NCBI GenBank assembly: GCA_013298625.1
Contig: JAAFIF010000032.1
Span: forward strand, 17,329-81,328
Source of the DNA: Myxococcales bacterium
Lineage (GTDB): Bacteria; Myxococcota_A; Polyangia; Polyangiales; Ga0077539
Direction: 5' to 3'
DNA length: 64,000 bases
Below the pieces are notes generated by a model. The model had not been told where the DNA came from. It searched no databases and saw nothing but the letters and a program-made list of their open reading frames with translations. This document shows positions 8,129 through 17,446 of this stretch, one piece after another. How positions within the stretch are numbered: position 1 is the first letter of the stretch; every line of letters starts with the position of its first letter. The position numbers were made by a program, and so were the translations under genes.

Positions 8129-11044
8129 TCAGAAAGAGGCTTGCAAATGCACGGCGAAGTTGCGCCCTGGCTGCTGGATCGTGCGGCTCGCAAACGTGTC
8201 CGTGACCGGAACATCCCAGCGCCAGTCGAGCACGTTGTACACGCCGAACGAGTAGCGCAGCCCGAGCCGGGTCACCTGCCCCGAGATCACGACGTCGCCG
8301 AGGAGGGCCGGCGAGGTCCACGACTCGACGTCTTGCTGCACGCGGCGCGGCCCGACGAAGGTCGCGCGCACGGCTGCGCTGGCGTAAGGCGGGATCAAGG
8401 GCGCCACCATCTTGAGCGAGCCCTGGTGATCGGGCGCGTTGACGAGGCCCGGGATCGTGAAGCTGTTGCCGAGGTAGCGCGTGTGCTGGACGTTGTACGT
8501 CGCTGCGAAGAACCAGCCCTGACGAAACTCCCTCCGCAGCTCGAGGTCGCCGCCGACGGACAAGACGAGGTCGCTGCCGTTGGCGTAGCGGAGGAGGTTG
8601 GTGGGCGTTCCGTCGCCGGTGGTGTCGATGATGTCGGTGAGGACGCTGGTGTTGGCGCCAGCGACGAGCGACCAGTTTTCGCTGAAGCGCTGTGTCCACT
8701 CGAGCTCGCCCGTGTAGACCACCTCGGGCCTGAGCGTGCACGGCGCGCCCGTCATGCAGCCGGGCGCCTGGGTCATCCCGTCGCCGTACGTCTGCTCGTA
8801 GATGCTCGGCGCGCGAAAGGCGCGGCCGCCCATGAGCTTGATCGTCGTGCGGGCGCCGGGCTTGAAGATCAGCGCCCCGCGAAAGGACACGCCCGGATCC
8901 ACGGTGCTGAACGCGTCGACGCGCGCGCCGCCCGTGAAGCGAAACCACGAGGCCGGGGTGAGATCCAGCAGCGCGTAGCCCGAACCAATGAAGTACGGCC
9001 GCGACGCGGACAGATAGCTCGTGGGCGCGAGCGACGGCATCGTGCGGTCCGACGAGCTGCCCGAGAGCGTCGCGACGCCGTGCCACTGAAGCTCTCCGCC
9101 GGCGGTGAGCTTCACGGCGCTGACCGGAGCCCACACCGCGCGGGCCTCGGCGCCAGCCCAGACGCCCATGTAGCCCTCGCGGCCGAGCGGGCCGCCGTCG
9201 TACGCGTAGTCGCCCAAGAATCGATAGAGGTTGACGTGCGCGCGCGTGAAGAGCTGAAACGTGCGGCCGATGCGCGGGTCGTAGCGCACCTCGGCCATCA
9301 CGCGCCCATCGGTCCATCGCGTCGCGCGGTCACCGAGCGTGGTCGCGTACGCGCCGACCGGAATATCGTGCTCTTGAAACGAGACGTGCCACTGCGCGGA
9401 CAGGTCGCGCCACCACGCGCGCCCCGTGAGCGACGCGCTCAACATGCGATCGACCCCGCGCACGACCGTCGTCGTGTCGCCGCTCATCCCTGGGACGGTC
9501 ACCGGTGAGTCGACGCCCTGCGACGCGCCGACGCCGATCGCGAGCATCACCCCAGAGTCCCTCGCGATGCGCACGGCGCCCGAGGCGCGCACGCGCCCGA
9601 TGTTGTCTCCGTAGCCGCTGATGCCCGCGCTCGCGCCGGTGCGCACGTCGCGGTCGCGCAGCGAGAGGTTGATGACGCCTGAGATGGCGCCGGTTCCGTA
9701 CAAGAGAGAGCCGGGGCCGCGGACGATCTCGATGCGGTCGACCAGGTCGAGCGAGACGCGCCCGTCGTGGCCGACGTACGAGCTGTTGAGCAGGTTGTCG
9801 TTGAGGATCGCGCCGTCCTGCTGGACCAGCACGCGGTTGCCGTAGTCGTTGGGCTGCCCGAGCCCGCGGATGCCCACGGAGTTGTACGCCCTGTCGTTGG
9901 ACAGGTAGACCCCGCGCGTCCCCTGCACGGCCTCGGCGATCGTCGGGTACTGAAACGCCTCGATCTCTCGCGCAGAGATCACGCTCACGCTCGCTGGCGC
10001 GTCTTCGATCTGCTCGAGCGAGCGCGAGGCTGCAGAGATCTCTCTCACCGGCGCGAGGCTGATGTCCGTGAGCCTCGCCTCGCCGGTCGCGCCCACCTCG
10101 ACCTCGCGTTCGACCGCAGAAAATCCAGAGAGCGAGACGCGCACGCGGCGGCGCCCCACGGGCACGTCGCGCAACACGAGCGGCGCGAACCCCGCGGTGC
10201 GCCCGTCGATCTCGACCAGCGCGTCGCGCTCGTCCGCTTCGATCACCAGCGTCCCGACCAGCGGGCGCAGCGCGACGCTGAGCGCCGATCGCTGCCGCGC
10301 GGTCACCACGAGCGTGCGCGCTTCGGGCGCAAACCCCTCGCGAGAGACGTAGACCGTGTGCGGGCCGGGGCTCACGTCGAGCGAGCACGGCGCGGTGCAC
10401 TCGGGCCCGCGCGCCTCGTCGTCGACGCGCACCGTCGCGCCCGCGGATCCGCGCACGTCGATGGTCCCCACGATGCGTCGAAGCGTGAGCGAGACGCTGA
10501 CCCGCTGTCCGACCGCGACCGTGACGGGCTCGCTGGTCGCGGGTTCGTAGCCGTCGCGCACGGCGATGACGCGGTACGTCCCGGCGACGAGGGCGAGCGG
10601 TCGACCCGAGCGGCCGCGCTCGCCGAGGTCTCTGCGGTCGAGAAACAGCGCTGTGTCCGCGGGGTCCGTCGCGACCTCGAGCAGCGCGACCCGCGGCGAG
10701 ATGCGCTGAATCGCCGCGGTCACCTCGGCGATGATCCGCTCGTTGCTCTCGCCTTCGAGCGCGGCGTAGTAGTAGCGATGCGCTTCGGGCAGGCGGCCGA
10801 GCTGCTCGTACGTTCCGCCGATGTTGAAGAGCACGTTGCGGTTGCGCACGAGCCGGTTGGACGTGAAGAAGTGCTCGAGGGCCCCTTCGAAGTCCCCTGC
10901 GACGAAGCGCCGTCGCGCGATTTGAAAGTGCAGCTCGGCTTCGTCTGCGAGCCCATCGCCGCGCGCGATCGCCGGAGCGATCGAGGCAGCGACGAGCCAC
11001 AGGCCGAGCGCGCAGCGCAGGCCCTTGTGTCGCGAAAGTGTCAT
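8129..11044 (-). CDS. TonB-dependent outer-membrane receptor with N-terminal TPR-like and three PEGA domains
   Basis: Signal peptide, then TPR-like helices (FEGALEHFFTSNRL...GGTYEQLGRLPEAHRYYYAAL). Three PEGA-like modules follow (ALLEVATDPADTALFLD...YRVIAVRDGYEP; GTIDVRGSAGATVRVDD...HTVYVSREGFAP; GTLVIEADERDALVEIDG...RVRVSLSGFSA). Then come the plug (DAPASVSVISAREIE, RIEIVRGPGSLLYGTGAISGVINL), a long barrel and a terminal Phe (VHLQASF). ATG 11044 shares one nt with the kinase stop; TTG 11047 is the track start. Confidence 0.88.
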   Translation of the reverse strand: MTLSRHKGLRCALGLWLVAASIAPAIARGDGLADEAELHFQIARRRFVAGDFEGALEHFFTSNRLVRNRNVLFNIGGTYEQLGRLPEAHRYYYAALEGESNERIIAEVTAAIQRISPRVALLEVATDPADTALFLDRRDLGERGRSGRPLALVAGTYRVIAVRDGYEPATSEPVTVAVGQRVSVSLTLRRIVGTIDVRGSAGATVRVDDEARGPECTAPCSLDVSPGPHTVYVSREGFAPEARTLVVTARQRSALSVALRPLVGTLVIEADERDALVEIDGRTAGFAPLVLRDVPVGRRRVRVSLSGFSAVEREVEVGATGEARLTDISLAPVREISAASRSLEQIEDAPASVSVISAREIEAFQYPTIAEAVQGTRGVYLSNDRAYNSVGIRGLGQPNDYGNRVLVQQDGAILNDNLLNSSYVGHDGRVSLDLVDRIEIVRGPGSLLYGTGAISGVINLSLRDRDVRTGASAGISGYGDNIGRVRASGAVRIARDSGVMLAIGVGASQGVDSPVTVPGMSGDTTTVVRGVDRMLSASLTGRAWWRDLSAQWHVSFQEHDIPVGAYATTLGDRATRWTDGRVMAEVRYDPRIGRTFQLFTRAHVNLYRFLGDYAYDGGPLGREGYMGVWAGAEARAVWAPVSAVKLTAGGELQWHGVATLSGSSSDRTMPSLAPTSYLSASRPYFIGSGYALLDLTPASWFRFTGGARVDAFSTVDPGVSFRGALIFKPGARTTIKLMGGRAFRAPSIYEQTYGDGMTQAPGCMTGAPCTLRPEVVYTGELEWTQRFSENWSLVAGANTSVLTDIIDTTGDGTPTNLLRYANGSDLVLSVGGDLELRREFRQGWFFAATYNVQHTRYLGNSFTIPGLVNAPDHQGSLKMVAPLIPPYASAAVRATFVGPRRVQQDVESWTSPALLGDVVISGQVTRLGLRYSFGVYNVLDWRWDVPVTDTFASRTIQQPGRNFAVHLQASF

Positions 11045-12558
11045 CAACGCTCGTCTCGAAGCTGAATCAGCGGAGCGGACGCGGTCGACGCGTCACGCCC
11101 CTCTCGTGCGCGAGGCACGGCGATGCCCCGGGCGCGCGGCGCGCGGCGGCGATCGACGACGGACGCGGCTGCGTCTGGCGCGTCGACGATCACGCTGATC
11201 GTCGGCTGCGCGATGGGCGCAGGCAGCGGGGTCGTGTGAACCACAGCGGGCGACGCTGCGACCGGCGCCCGGACCGCGGCGCGCGGAGGAATCGACGGGT
11301 CTGCCGAGGCCACCACGGGCATCGTCGCCGCGCGGCCGCTCTGCGATCGGCGCTGTGAAAACAGCAGCGGAAGCGCAGCGAGCGCGGCGAGCGCCAGCGC
11401 GAGCGCCACCGTGGCGCGCGCTGGCAGCTTCGCGCGCGCCGCGGGCTTGACCGAGAGGATCTTCGCCGGGGGCTCGGACGGGCCGAGCGCGCTCGGCGAG
11501 CGCGGCGCGGGCGCGGCGGTGATGGGCGAAGGAGTCGCAGCCGTCGTGCGCTTGCCGTCGGCCACGCTCGCGACGTCGTCGGACGTGACAACCAGCTCGG
11601 GTTCACGTTGCGCGCGCTCGAGCAGCGCTTGCGGCGCGCGCAGCGTGCCGGGCGCGAGGGTCGAGTGCCAACGCACGCGGCCGGTGGGCTTGGCGTGCAG
11701 CTGCGCGCGCACGGTCTCGAGGGTGGTGAGCAGCGCGCGGCCGCTGTCGAAGCGCTGCTCGATGTCGCGCGCGAGGCACTTCTGAACGAGCGAAGAGAGC
11801 TCTGCGGGGAGGTCTGGTCGGAGCTGCGAAATGGCGCGAGGCTCGTCGTGGCAGATCGCCGAGAACATCGCGCTCGGCGTGGCGCCGTCGAACGGCAGTC
11901 GGCCGGTGAGGCACTCGAAGAGCACGACGCCGAGCGACCACAGGTCCGAGCGGAGGTCGCGCTCTTCGGGGTCGATCACGAGCTCGGGCGCCATGTACGC
12001 GGGCGTGCCGGCGATGACGTCGTCCGACTGAAACTCTTCTCGAAGCGACTGCGCGATGCCGAAGTCCAAGAGCTTCGGGACGAGCCCGCCTTGGACCTCC
12101 GAGAGAAAGATGTTCTCGGGCTTGATGTCGCGATGGACGATGGACCGAGCGTGCGCGTGCGCGAGGGCGGCGGCGATGGGCGTCAGCAGGTCGAGCGTGT
12201 CGACGATCGAGAGTCGACCTTGCGCTTCGAGTCGGCTCGCGAGCGTTTCGCCCTGCAAAAACTCTTGAACGATGAAGGGGACGCCGCTCGCGTCGACGTC
12301 GACGTCGAGCACGTCCACGACGTGCGGGTGACGCACGGTGTTGGCCGCGCGCGCCTCGGCGAGAAACCGCGCGGTAGACTCTTCGCTCACCGCGAACTCG
12401 GGCCGCAGGACCTTGAGCGCCACGTCGCGCTCGAGCAAGACGTGAAAGGCTCGGTAGACGAAGCCCATTCCACCAGAGCCGAGCAGCGCGTCGAGGCGAT
12501 ACTTGCCCGCCATCGTCGTGCCCAGATCGAGGGCCTTGGTCGTGGTCGTCGTCGTCAT
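11044..12558 (-). CDS. membrane-anchored Hanks-type Ser/Thr protein kinase
   Basis: GSGGMGFVYRA glycine loop, VALKVL, HRDIKPENIFL catalytic loop, DFGIA and GTPAYMAPE motifs. There is a C-terminal TM segment (VALALALAALAALPLLF) followed by a tail of about 100 aa. Confidence 0.92.
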   Translation of the reverse strand: MTTTTTTKALDLGTTMAGKYRLDALLGSGGMGFVYRAFHVLLERDVALKVLRPEFAVSEESTARFLAEARAANTVRHPHVVDVLDVDVDASGVPFIVQEFLQGETLASRLEAQGRLSIVDTLDLLTPIAAALAHAHARSIVHRDIKPENIFLSEVQGGLVPKLLDFGIAQSLREEFQSDDVIAGTPAYMAPELVIDPEERDLRSDLWSLGVVLFECLTGRLPFDGATPSAMFSAICHDEPRAISQLRPDLPAELSSLVQKCLARDIEQRFDSGRALLTTLETVRAQLHAKPTGRVRWHSTLAPGTLRAPQALLERAQREPELVVTSDDVASVADGKRTTAATPSPITAAPAPRSPSALGPSEPPAKILSVKPAARAKLPARATVALALALAALAALPLLFSQRRSQSGRAATMPVVASADPSIPPRAAVRAPVAASPAVVHTTPLPAPIAQPTISVIVDAPDAAASVVDRRRAPRARGIAVPRAREGRDASTASAPLIQLRDER

Positions 12559-12620
12559 GGTCGCGTCGCCGTGCTGCGCCGAAGTACGCAGAATTACGAC
12601 ACACTACCCGAGCTCTGTGA

Positions 12621-12692
12621 AAAGACCAAGTCGCCAAGAAATTCGGTCACTTACGCATTCTCATATTCCAAGTTTTATCCAGCTTGGTCTTT
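12621..12692. promoter_or_regulatory. 10-bp perfect inverted repeat in the AT-richer divergent kinase promoter region
   Basis: aaagaccaag (12621-12630) and cttggtcttt (12683-12692) are separated by 52 nt. This is the least GC-rich stretch of the window (ttacgcattctcatattccaagttttatcc). Confidence 0.3.
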
Positions 12693-12758
12693 CGGAGCAG
12701 ACGTGCGAGACACTGAGCGGTTTGTCGCTTCGGTGACCAGCAGCCGATACTGCTGGGG

Positions 12759-14066
12759 ATGAACCACGAAGAACCGCCGCACGACACGGTCGCGGACGGC
12801 GCGGCTCCCACGGCGTCCGCCAACGACTCGATCGGCGATGCTGCCACGATCGCGGCCAGCGACGACGCGACTGGCGTCGCGAAGAGAGCGGCGCCCACGG
12901 CGGCGGGGCGCACCGTGGTTCTTCCGCGGCGCGCGAAGACGACCAGCGCGACGGCCAGCGCGGCGTCGGGTGAGAGCGTCGAGTGGAGCGTCGACGATCA
13001 TCCCCGCTTCGAGACCATCGAAGCGCTCGGCGAAGGCGGGATGGGCGAGGTCGCGCTGGTGATGGACCAGGACATCCATCGCAAAGTCGCGATCAAGCGC
13101 CTGCACGCCGAGCAGCAATCGCCGACCGCGCTGCTGCGCTTCGCCGAAGAAGTGCGCGTCGTCGGCGCGCTCGAGCACCCGGGCATCGTGCCCGTGCACG
13201 ACGTGGGGATCGACGAGCGCGGACAACACTACGCGGTGATGAAGTACCTCGAGGGCGAGACGATGGAGTCCGTGATCGAGCGGCTCAAGGCAGGCTCGCC
13301 CGAGCACGTGCGGCGCTTCAGCTACGACTATCGCGCGCAGGTGTTCGCGAAGGTCTGCGAGGCCGTCCGCTTCGCGCACGAACGAGGGATCATCCACCGC
13401 GACCTCAAGCCGGCGAACATCATGATCGGCCCGTACGGCGAGGTCACCGTCGTCGACTGGGGCATCGCCCGGCGCATCGGCGGCAAGGACGACGGCGCGC
13501 GCGCGACGGACGCGACGCCCACGCCCACGTCCACCGACGATCGCCTCGTCCGCACCCGCGTCGGCGCGCTGATCGGAACCCCGCTCTACATGTCCCCCGA
13601 GCAAGCCGCGGGCAAGAACGACGCGCTCGACGAGCGCTCGGACATCTTCTCTCTGTGCATGGTGTTCTACGAATTTCTCGCGCTCGAGCACCCGCTCGCG
13701 GACAAGCGCACGGTCGAGCAAGTGATCCTCGCGCTCATCCACGAAGAGTGGGATCACTTGAAGCTGCGCTTGCCCGCGCTCAGCAAGGGCGTCCCGTGCG
13801 AGCTGCTGCGCGTGCTGCAAAAGGGGATCTACCGCGAGCCGTCCAAGCGCTATCGCACCGTGGCCGAGCTCGAGCGGCAGCTGCAGGACACGCTCGACGG
13901 CAACGTTCCGCCCGAGTGCTACATCACGAAGAGCAAGCGCGGCCTGCACGGGCTCATGCACTGGATCGACCGCCACCCCTACGCGTACGCGCCGATCTAC
14001 TACCTCACCCCGGTGCTCTTCGTCGGCGCCCTCGCCTCGATCGTGTGGAGCCTCGCGCGGCGATGA
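12759..14066 (+). CDS. Hanks-type Ser/Thr protein kinase with C-terminal TM anchor
   Basis: GEGGMGEVALV, VAIKRL, HRDLKPANIMI, DWGIA and GTPLYMSPEQ motifs. C-terminal TM segment YYLTPVLFVGALASIVWSL. Confidence 0.92.
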   Translation: MNHEEPPHDTVADGAAPTASANDSIGDAATIAASDDATGVAKRAAPTAAGRTVVLPRRAKTTSATASAASGESVEWSVDDHPRFETIEALGEGGMGEVALVMDQDIHRKVAIKRLHAEQQSPTALLRFAEEVRVVGALEHPGIVPVHDVGIDERGQHYAVMKYLEGETMESVIERLKAGSPEHVRRFSYDYRAQVFAKVCEAVRFAHERGIIHRDLKPANIMIGPYGEVTVVDWGIARRIGGKDDGARATDATPTPTSTDDRLVRTRVGALIGTPLYMSPEQAAGKNDALDERSDIFSLCMVFYEFLALEHPLADKRTVEQVILALIHEEWDHLKLRLPALSKGVPCELLRVLQKGIYREPSKRYRTVAELERQLQDTLDGNVPPECYITKSKRGLHGLMHWIDRHPYAYAPIYYLTPVLFVGALASIVWSLARR

Positions 14067-14069
14067 CGA

Positions 14070-14624
14070 TCACTCGCGCGTCGGCGACGCGAACTCGCTC
14101 TTGACCCACTTCTCGGCGCTCTTCACGGTGAGCTTGAAGTTGGCCGGAACCCGCACCTTCGAGAGCACGTCGCCGCCCGCGCTCGCCGAGAGCATCGCGT
14201 GCGGGTCGTCTTCGTCCGCCGCGATGTCGAGCTCGACCAACACCCAGCGCCCGTCCGCGTCCTCGACGGAGCACTCTTTGTGCAACATCGCCCGCCGCTG
14301 CTGCGCGTGCCGCGAGAGCACCTCGCTCGCGGTCTTCACCAGCGTGTTGAACGCGCTCTGATCGAGCGGCTTCGGGTTCTTCTTGTCGCGCCCCATCGTC
14401 CACGGCCCCACGAGCGCCGGCTCGTCTTGACCGTCCACGTACATCGCGACGGCCCAGCCGTCGTCGCTGTCGTTCTTGATCACCTGCGCGGTCCACCCGT
14501 TCGCGCGCCATCGCCGCGGGTCCTGCTCCTCGGGCTTCAACGGCTCGTTGTTGGTGTTCGGTCGCTCGGTCGAATCGGTCTCGGTCACTTCGGTGTTCTC
14601 CGTTGCGACACATCTTGCACGCAC
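14070..14624 (-). CDS. hypothetical cytoplasmic protein
   Basis: Lies in the frame of track ORF 14070..14777. I propose GTG 14624 as the start. Composition is normal (WTAQVIKNDSDDGWAVAMYVDGQDEPALVGPWTMGRDKKNPKPLDQSAFNTLVKTASEVL...). I recognised no family. Confidence 0.55.
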   Translation of the reverse strand: MRARCVATENTEVTETDSTERPNTNNEPLKPEEQDPRRWRANGWTAQVIKNDSDDGWAVAMYVDGQDEPALVGPWTMGRDKKNPKPLDQSAFNTLVKTASEVLSRHAQQRRAMLHKECSVEDADGRWVLVELDIAADEDDPHAMLSASAGGDVLSKVRVPANFKLTVKSAEKWVKSEFASPTRE

Positions 14625-14806
14625 CTTCGTCCCCGCGTCCAACCACGAGTGACAAGATATGTCACATGCTGGGGATTCGCGCGCGTTCGACCAGCCGCGC
14701 GGCGCCGCGGCGCGTCCGCCGTTCGTCGGCCAAACCCTGCAATCTCGCACGATCTTCGGCGTTAGTAGCAAAACCAAAACTCTTCGGGTACCGTGCGCAG
14801 ACGGTC

Positions 14807-15403
14807 ATGTCGCTCGCCCAGATGGATCGCTACGTCGCGGCCTTGCCTCGCGGGCTCGCCTCGTACCCCGAATGCCAGATCAAAGCCTCGGTGCTGCGAT
14901 CGTTCTTCGAGCGCGTCGAGCTGCGTCCGCTCGTCGAGCGACTGCCCGATACGCTTCGCGACCTCGTGCTGTCTCCGCCGCCGCCGAGCATGTGGCTCGC
15001 CGAAGTGCACACGACCGCGATCTTCATGGCCGCGGCGGACACCATCCTGCCCGGCGATCACTTCGTCGATCACGCGTATCGAACCAACTATGCGCTGCTC
15101 GACTCGACCATGTACCGCGTGCTCTTTCGCCTCGTCGGCGCGCGGCGAGTGCTGACCAAAGCCACCGAGAGCTGGTCGCAGTTTCATCGAGGCAGCTCGC
15201 TCACCGCGCGATCGTTCGACGAGCGCGGCGGCGCGGCGGCCCTGCGGATCAACGCCCCGGCGCACCACATCCCCGCGCTGCTCGCCGAGGGCTACGCCAC
15301 AGCGCTGCGCGCGGCCACGGAGATCGCAGGCGGCAAGCAGGTCGAGTGCGCGGTCAGCCGCTACGAGCCCTCGTGCATCGACCTCGACGTGCGCTGGAAG
15401 TAA
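14807..15403 (+). CDS. DUF2378 / TIGR02265-family protein (myxobacterial paralogous family)
   Basis: ATG 14807 lies in the frame of ORF 14603..15403. It aligns along its full length with 53310..53909 (shared LP...ASYPEC.IKAS, PPP.S.W..EVH and a terminal ...RWK). Confidence 0.75.
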   Translation: MSLAQMDRYVAALPRGLASYPECQIKASVLRSFFERVELRPLVERLPDTLRDLVLSPPPPSMWLAEVHTTAIFMAAADTILPGDHFVDHAYRTNYALLDSTMYRVLFRLVGARRVLTKATESWSQFHRGSSLTARSFDERGGAAALRINAPAHHIPALLAEGYATALRAATEIAGGKQVECAVSRYEPSCIDLDVRWK

Positions 15404-15461
15404 GCGCAGATTCGTCGCTCGCTCTCCGCGCGCAACAGCGGTACTCGCAGTTCACGCTGCG

Positions 15462-16340
15462 ATGAACCAACCTGCCCGTGAGAGCTCTCGCGAAGTGCGC
15501 GCGATCAAGGTCGCGATCGCCACTTCACTGCTCGGCTCCGTGACCAAGCTCACCGCCGGCGTGCTCACGGGCTCGATGTCCATGATCACCTCGGCGATCG
15601 ACTCGCTCGGCGACCTGTTCGTCTCGATCGTCAACCTCTTCGTCGTCCGCATCGCCGACGCCGAGCCCGACGACGATCACAACTACGGCCACGCCAAGGC
15701 CGAGGGCCTCGGGGCGATGTTCGAGGGCGGGTTCATCTTCGCCGCCGGGGCGTTCATCATCTACGAGGCGATCCACAAGATTCGAATCGGCGACCACAGC
15801 CGCAACTCGACGCTCGGCATCGTCGTGATGCTGCCGATCCTCGCGATCACCATCGCCACGGTGATCTACCTCCGCCGCGTCGCAAAAGAGACCGGCAGCT
15901 TGATCATCAAGTCTGACGCCCTGCACTACGCCACGGACGTCTACGTCAACATCGGCGTGCTGGTCTCGCTCGTGCTCGTGAAGCTCACCGGCAAGCCCGT
16001 CATCGACTCGATCATCTCCATCGGGATCGCCCTCTACATGCTCTATTCGAGCACGCACATCGTGCGCGCCGGCATCGACGTCGTGATGGACCGCAGCCTC
16101 GACGTCGAGACCACCGCCAAGGTGCGCGCGGTGCTCGAAGCCACGCGCGGGATCGAGTCGTTTCATGACTTTCGAACGCGCGCCGGGCGCATCCCGCACG
16201 TGGACTTTCACGTGGTCGTGAAGCCCGAGACGACCACCAAGCAAGTGCACGACCTGTTTCTCGACCTGCGCGAGAAGATCCGCGCCATCGTCGGCCCGTC
16301 GACGCGAGTGCTCATCCACGCCGACCCCCTCGGCGGTTGA
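15462..16340 (+). CDS. cation diffusion facilitator (CDF) family metal efflux transporter
   Basis: TM2 motif SMSMITSAIDSLGDLF, HNYGHAKAEGLGAMFEG, ALHYATDVYVNIG, and a C-terminal cytoplasmic domain (FHDFRTRAGRIPHVDFHVVV). Confidence 0.88.
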   Translation: MNQPARESSREVRAIKVAIATSLLGSVTKLTAGVLTGSMSMITSAIDSLGDLFVSIVNLFVVRIADAEPDDDHNYGHAKAEGLGAMFEGGFIFAAGAFIIYEAIHKIRIGDHSRNSTLGIVVMLPILAITIATVIYLRRVAKETGSLIIKSDALHYATDVYVNIGVLVSLVLVKLTGKPVIDSIISIGIALYMLYSSTHIVRAGIDVVMDRSLDVETTAKVRAVLEATRGIESFHDFRTRAGRIPHVDFHVVVKPETTTKQVHDLFLDLREKIRAIVGPSTRVLIHADPLGG

Positions 16341-16341
16341 G

Positions 16342-17424
16342 TCAATCGCAGGCCGCGGTCGCCGCCGTGATCGCGAAGGACGCGCCCATCGGGCTCGCGT
16401 CGCAGGCCGCCAGCTGCCCCGTCGCGGTGTCGTCCGAGTTGAGGTCGATCCGCACGCCGCACGCGCCGCGCACAGGGCTCGCGAAGCGAAAGAAGTACGC
16501 CCGGTCGAACGCGTGGTGCCCGTACACGCCCGTCATCGACTCGTACGAGCGCACGTCCACCGCCGCGCCGTCGAGCGTCCCCCGCAGCCGCAGCGGAACC
16601 GCCTGCCCCTGCCCCGGCGACGCCGCCCAGCGATACTCGTCCACCCGCGCCGTCCCCAAGCCCGGCAACGTAAGGTTGTAGCAATGGTTCGCCCGCAGCG
16701 CGCAGCTCACGTAGCCGCTGCCGTTGCTGCGCGCCGCCGTCACGCCGAACGCGTGCGACGCCACGGGCGAGGCAGAGAGCGTCGCGGTCACCGCACTCGT
16801 GATGGGTCGGGCCACCACCACGCCCAGCGTCTCGGCGCCGAGGCCGAACTGGGCTTCGACGTAGAAGCCGTCGTCGCGGCCGATTCCGCCCTCGAAGCGC
16901 ACCGCAGAGACCGAGCTCGCAGCGGTCGCCACGGGCCGCGCGCCCGAGAGGTCTTCGACGCACATCGGCAGCAAGAACGCACGCGTCTCGTTGGCCGTCG
17001 CGATCGCGTACGTTCCAGCGGGCATCGTGATCGTCCCCTTGCGCGCGAGCGCTTCGGTCAGCACGCGCTGCCGCATCTGCGCGTCGCTCTCGCCCTCGCG
17101 CCCCAGCCACTGCCCGCTCGGAATCGCGCACAGCCGCGCGCCGGGCTCGACCACCAGACGCGCGGTCCACGAGGCGTTTCCCTGGTACTGCGAGCATGCG
17201 CCCGCGCTCGCGTCCGGCAGCGATCCATCGGTCCCCGCGTCGGGCGCAGCGTCCGCGATGGCGTCGGGCGACGGGCTCGCGTCGGGCAGCGCGGTCGCGT
17301 CCGGCGTCGGGGTCGCGTCCGGCGTCAGCGCCGCGTCCGGAGAAGCGTCGGGCGCGGGCGTCACAGCGGGCGCGCACGCCGAGGCGAACGCCGCTGAGCA
17401 GAGAAGAAAGCACTGAAATTTCAC
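16342..17424 (-). CDS. lipoprotein, paralogue of 17447..18469
   Basis: GTG start and lipobox (MKFQCFLLCSAAFASAC). A PDA/PDT low-complexity linker is followed by a conserved domain that begins CSQYQGNASWTARLVVEPGARLCA and ends near a C-terminal Cys. Confidence 0.7.
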   Translation of the reverse strand: MKFQCFLLCSAAFASACAPAVTPAPDASPDAALTPDATPTPDATALPDASPSPDAIADAAPDAGTDGSLPDASAGACSQYQGNASWTARLVVEPGARLCAIPSGQWLGREGESDAQMRQRVLTEALARKGTITMPAGTYAIATANETRAFLLPMCVEDLSGARPVATAASSVSAVRFEGGIGRDDGFYVEAQFGLGAETLGVVVARPITSAVTATLSASPVASHAFGVTAARSNGSGYVSCALRANHCYNLTLPGLGTARVDEYRWAASPGQGQAVPLRLRGTLDGAAVDVRSYESMTGVYGHHAFDRAYFFRFASPVRGACGVRIDLNSDDTATGQLAACDASPMGASFAITAATAACD

Positions 17425-17446
17425 TGTTGATTCTCCTATTGGTGTC

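Noticed and set aside
9330-11065. ORFs 9330..11000 (-) and 9767..11065 (+) inside the TonB-receptor gene.
   Set aside because: Both are alternative frames of a gene with clear plug and barrel motifs, and both are Arg-rich and low in complexity.
12675-13976. 433-aa minus-strand ORF opposite the second kinase.
   Set aside because: It is antisense to a gene that has every Hanks kinase motif, and its composition is biased. The same reasoning applies to 18473..20710 (+), 42577..44520 (-), 54970..57282 (+) and similar track entries.
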